From: an uncultured Chlamydiae bacterium
GTDB taxonomy: Bacteria > Chlamydiota > Chlamydiia > Chlamydiales > Parachlamydiaceae
Length of the DNA: 64,000 bases
Assembly: GCA_963754655.1 (NCBI GenBank)
Contig: CAVWGN010000001.1
Span: 1,984,001-2,048,000, forward strand
Reading direction: 5' to 3'
Shown: one piece after another, positions 63,236-64,000 of the stretch
Position numbering within the stretch: the first letter of the stretch is position 1
How the letters are laid out: every line of letters begins with the position of its first letter
The notes under the pieces: generated by a model
What the model saw: the letters and a program-made list of their open reading frames with translations, nothing else
Database searches by the model: none
What the model was told of the DNA's origin: nothing
Made by a program: the position numbers and the translations under genes

Positions 63236-64000
63236 ATGAAAGATCTTTCTTATCTCTCTCATTCTCCCGCTGCTCGGCAATGGGAACCTATTGGCATTAA
63301 GCCTCACCATGGAATTGCTATTCCTTTATTCAGTATTCACTCTAGTCATTCTTATGGAATTGGAGAATTTACCGATTTACCCTTATTAATTGATTGGTGT
63401 GCCTCTATTGGTTTTGATGTCATTCAATTGCTTCCCTTAAATGACACGGAAATGGGATTGAGTCCCTATAGCGCGATGTCTGCTTTTGCTCTTAATCCCC
63501 TTTTTATAGGGCTTGATTCTTTACCCCATGTGGATGATTATCCCATTCTAAAAGAAGAATTAAAATCCTTACCCAAATTTTCTTCTATTCCTTTTGTCGA
63601 CTATGACCGCGTGCGAGCTTATAAAGAACGCTTTTTACGTCATTATTTTCGCTTGATGGGATCTCAATTATTGAAAAGCGCAGCTTTTGAGCATTTTATG
63701 CAAGAAGCAGGCTTTTGGTTAAAGGGATATGCTGTTTTTAAAATTTTAAAAAGACGCCATCAGTGGATGAGTTGGGAAACTTGGCCCGAAGCTGAATCTC
63801 GTGCAACCCCTGTTTTACTTGACTCAATCGCCTATCAACAACAAGAAGAATTTAATTGGTTCTGTTTTTTGCAATTTATCTGCGATCAACAAATGAAAGC
63901 TGCAAAATTGCATGCTGATCATCAAAAGGTCTTTTTAATGGGGGATATTCCCATCCTTATTGGTCGCGACAGTGCAGATGTCTGGTTACATAGAGAGTTA
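63236..64000 (+). CDS. malQ: 4-alpha-glucanotransferase, runs off the window end
   Basis: Translated by hand: HHGIAIPLFSIHS..YGIGEFTDL..IQLLPLND..SPYSA..LMGDIPILIGRDSADVW. Confidence 0.93.
   Translation, partial: MKDLSYLSHSPAARQWEPIGIKPHHGIAIPLFSIHSSHSYGIGEFTDLPLLIDWCASIGFDVIQLLPLNDTEMGLSPYSAMSAFALNPLFIGLDSLPHVDDYPILKEELKSLPKFSSIPFVDYDRVRAYKERFLRHYFRLMGSQLLKSAAFEHFMQEAGFWLKGYAVFKILKRRHQWMSWETWPEAESRATPVLLDSIAYQQQEEFNWFCFLQFICDQQMKAAKLHADHQKVFLMGDIPILIGRDSADVWLHREL

Overview
AT-rich window from an environmental chlamydia (Parachlamydiaceae/Protochlamydia-like). The assignment rests on the gene orders rpe-efp-accB-accC, rpsA-nusA-infB-rbfA-truB-ribF and sctU-sctV-copN-scc1-malQ. Housekeeping genes alternate with a large set of eukaryote-like candidate effectors. 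The dominant feature is two tandem clusters (0.15-10.7 kb and 42.1-53.6 kb) holding 10 intact genes and at least 3 broken copies of an F-box + conserved core + 25-aa DUF4116-like repeat family. These carry 6-17 repeats with about three hypervariable positions, and show block duplication, array collapse and apparent chimerism between clusters. Decayed pieces of the neighbouring ychF gene recur between copies and mark the duplication unit. Also present: two BTB-LRR proteins, an F-box + ubiquitin-like protein just upstream of the T3SS genes, an atypical Ser/Thr kinase, an RNA ligase + HD-Pnk end-repair gene pair, a split CopN/TyeA-like gatekeeper, an IS5-family element, a deleted IS1202-family element with a 16-bp target duplication, and several families of nested palindromic REP/MITE-like elements, including a 570-bp palindrome with 260-bp arms. 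The frameshifts in rpsA, nusA and infB are most likely sequencing errors. All calls come from reading motifs by eye; no database search was run.
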